Below, piece by piece: positions 14,472 through 16,658 of a stretch of DNA of 16,658 nt (position 1 is the first letter of the stretch; every line of letters begins with the position of its first letter). This DNA comes from Deltaproteobacteria bacterium (lineage in GTDB: Bacteria > Myxococcota_A > UBA9160 > SMWR01), in NCBI GenBank assembly GCA_032128375.1, contig JAQBGU010000016.1:1-16658 (forward strand). Reading direction: 5' to 3'. The position numbers were made by a program, and so were the translations under genes. The notes below the pieces were generated by a model. That model saw nothing but the letters and a program-made list of their open reading frames with translations, did not search any database and was not told the DNA's origin.

Positions 14472-16567
14472 GCGGCACGCAATACCGGGTCGGTGTCGAC
14501 ATAGGCGGGACCTTCACCGACTTCGTATTGCACACCGGCGACGCGATATTCATCGAAAAGACGCTGAGTACCCCCGAGGACCGTTCGCTGGCGGTCATGC
14601 AAGGGCTCGAAAAACTCGCAGCGGGTCAAGACCAAACGCTCTCTGTGTTCCTCTCGCGGCTCGACGCGATCGTTCACGGTACCACGGTGGCCGACAACAC
14701 ATTGATCGAGATGAACGGGGCGGTCACCGGGTTGCTGACGACCGAGGGCTTCCGTGACGAACTCGAATTGCGCCGCGGCTACAAAGAGGACATCTGGGAC
14801 GTCAGGCTCGAGCCGCCGACGGCAATCGTGCCCAGGCGCCGAAGACTCACCGTGCCCGAGCGAATCGTTGCCGATGGATCGGTGATGATCCCTCTCGACG
14901 AGGTTGCGGCCCGCCGGTCGATTCGCCGGCTCGGCAAACAGGGCGTGACGTCCGTCGCGATCAGCACACTTTTCTCCTTCTTGAATCCGTTGCACGAAAA
15001 GAAGCTCGCTGAGTGGGTCGCTGAGGAACTGCCCGGCGTCGACATTTCGCTCTCACACGAAATCCTGCCGAAGGCGCCGGAATTCGAGCGCACCAGCACG
15101 ACCGTCGTCAATGCGTACGTGGGGCCTCGCGTCACCGGTTACCTGGATCGATTGATCGAGCGACTGGCCGAGGCGGGTTACACCAAGCAGCTACTCGTGA
15201 TGCAGTCGACTGGCGGCGTGATGACGCGCGACTATCTGCGCGCGAGTCCGGTTCGGGTGCTGGCATCGGGGCCAGCGGCCGGCGTGATCGGTGGGGCACA
15301 CGTCGGTGTTGCCAAGGGTGCTCCGGATCTGCTGTGCGTCGACATGGGGGGTACCAGTTACGACGTATCGGTGGTCCGAAACGGCATCGCGCCCGCGGAG
15401 CCGGGATGGAACTGGCATCACCGCTACATGGTTGGGCTTCCGATGGTATCGGTAGAGACACTCGGGGCTGGCGGTGGATCGATCTGTCACTATCGCGACG
15501 GCGTTCTGCAGGTCGGTCCGCAGAGCGCAGGTGCCGATCCGGGCCCTGTCTGTTACGGCCGAGGTGGGACCCAACCCACCGTCACCGACGCGAACCTGGT
15601 GCTCGGTCTGCTATCGGTCGATTCGGAATTTGCGGGCGGTAGTTTTCGGCTCACGCGAAATGGCGTCGATGAGGCTTTCGAACAATTCGTTGCCGGGCCG
15701 ATGGGGTGCAGCGTCGAAGAGGCGGCGTTTGATTGCTGGCGGGTCGTCAACGCCAACATGACCCAAGCGGTGCGACGGCTGACCGCAGAAAAGGGCACGG
15801 ATCCGATCGATTTGAAACTACTCGCATACGGGGGCAACGGCCCGTTGTTTGCTGCGATCCAAGCCCAAGAACTCGGCATCTCCGAGGTGCTGGTGCCCAA
15901 GGCCTCGCCCACCTTCTCTGCGCTGGGCGCGCTGACTGCATCTCCGGGTATCGATGAAGAGCGCAGCTACCTGACGCCCGCCGCGTCGGCAGACCTCGAT
16001 CGCCTCGCTTCGCTCTGGGGAGAGCTCGATGAACGCGCCGAACGGTTCCTGTTGGGGGCCGGCTACGCGCGAGACCAGATTCGCGTCCGCTATTTGCTCA
16101 ATCTTCGCTACCCCGGACAGAACTGGTCGCTCGGAATCGAAGCGGCCGAAACCCGCGGGCCGCGCGATTTCTCTTTCGTGGCCCCTGTGGTGCGCAGCGC
16201 CGCGATCGAGCGCTTCCATCAGCGTCACGTCGATGAATACGGCCATTCGCGGCGCGCCGAACCACCTGAGGTCACGGGCGTGCGGTTGGTCGCAACAGTC
16301 GAAGTCAAAAAGCCCGATTTCGCCGGTGGAACCACTGCCACGTGCTACGACCCCAAGCCGCACTCTGCGCGACCCGCCAACCTGGGTGCGGGCTTCCAAT
16401 CGACGCGAGTGTATCGCGGAGTCGATCTGCGCCCTGGCGCAATGCTATCGGCTCCGGCCATCATCGAAGAGTCGTTTACGACCATCGCGGTCTATCCGGG
16501 TTGGCGTGCGCTTGTCGACGACGCCGGCGACTACATCCTGGAACGCCGTCTGCAGCGAATTGACTAG
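14468..16567 (+). CDS. Hydantoinase A/oxoprolinase family protein (ATP-binding subunit)
   Basis: Motifs GVDIGGTFTD, HGTTVADN, EFERTSTTVVNAY, SGPAAG, DMGGTSYD, GAGGGSI and SAGADPGPVCYG. The ATG at 14468 forms an ATGA overlap with the B-subunit gene. Confidence 0.93.
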   Translation: MSGTQYRVGVDIGGTFTDFVLHTGDAIFIEKTLSTPEDRSLAVMQGLEKLAAGQDQTLSVFLSRLDAIVHGTTVADNTLIEMNGAVTGLLTTEGFRDELELRRGYKEDIWDVRLEPPTAIVPRRRRLTVPERIVADGSVMIPLDEVAARRSIRRLGKQGVTSVAISTLFSFLNPLHEKKLAEWVAEELPGVDISLSHEILPKAPEFERTSTTVVNAYVGPRVTGYLDRLIERLAEAGYTKQLLVMQSTGGVMTRDYLRASPVRVLASGPAAGVIGGAHVGVAKGAPDLLCVDMGGTSYDVSVVRNGIAPAEPGWNWHHRYMVGLPMVSVETLGAGGGSICHYRDGVLQVGPQSAGADPGPVCYGRGGTQPTVTDANLVLGLLSVDSEFAGGSFRLTRNGVDEAFEQFVAGPMGCSVEEAAFDCWRVVNANMTQAVRRLTAEKGTDPIDLKLLAYGGNGPLFAAIQAQELGISEVLVPKASPTFSALGALTASPGIDEERSYLTPAASADLDRLASLWGELDERAERFLLGAGYARDQIRVRYLLNLRYPGQNWSLGIEAAETRGPRDFSFVAPVVRSAAIERFHQRHVDEYGHSRRAEPPEVTGVRLVATVEVKKPDFAGGTTATCYDPKPHSARPANLGAGFQSTRVYRGVDLRPGAMLSAPAIIEESFTTIAVYPGWRALVDDAGDYILERRLQRID

Positions 16568-16577
16568 CGAATTGACT
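16554..16577. repeat. 12-bp tandem duplication (AGCGAATTGACT, two copies) spanning the stop codon of the hydantoinase A gene
   Basis: Exact copies at 16554-16565 and 16566-16577. Confidence 0.85.
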
Positions 16578-16658
16578 AAACTGAAGTTCCCCGGCCCGAG
16601 GGACAAAATCCCGCGCAGTTTCCAGTGGATAGAGAGAAACCGGATGCACGGGTCTGCC

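Overview
GC-rich bacterial DNA. Gene content and style suggest Myxococcota or a related deltaproteobacterium (inference only). The left 8.6 kb is on the minus strand. It holds a GAF-PP2C phosphatase / RsbW-like kinase / STAS partner-switching triad placed directly upstream of an Mla/MCE-type ABC transporter (MlaE-, MlaF-, MlaD-like genes plus a PqiC-like lipoprotein). A histidine phosphatase follows, then a LolA-like outer-membrane sorting protein and a DUF1302-like outer-membrane protein that runs off the left edge. The apparently gene-poor stretch at 8.7-9.8 kb contains two convergent UGA-recoded genes that the ORF track breaks up. One is an intact iodothyronine deiodinase-like selenoprotein (FGSYT-U-PPF). 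The other is a frameshifted, decayed Sec-type BCP/peroxiredoxin (KAFTGA-U-TAQ). Each UGA is followed by a 7-bp stem / 5-nt GG-loop hairpin of nearly identical geometry (putative SECIS). The right part is on the plus strand: enoyl-CoA hydratase, a nitronate monooxygenase/FabK-family flavoprotein, a small transthyretin-like beta-sandwich ORF with a disconnected start, and a hydantoinase B + hydantoinase A (oxoprolinase family) pair. Several short tandem repeats are scattered through the window. All family calls come from motif recognition by eye, not from database searches.
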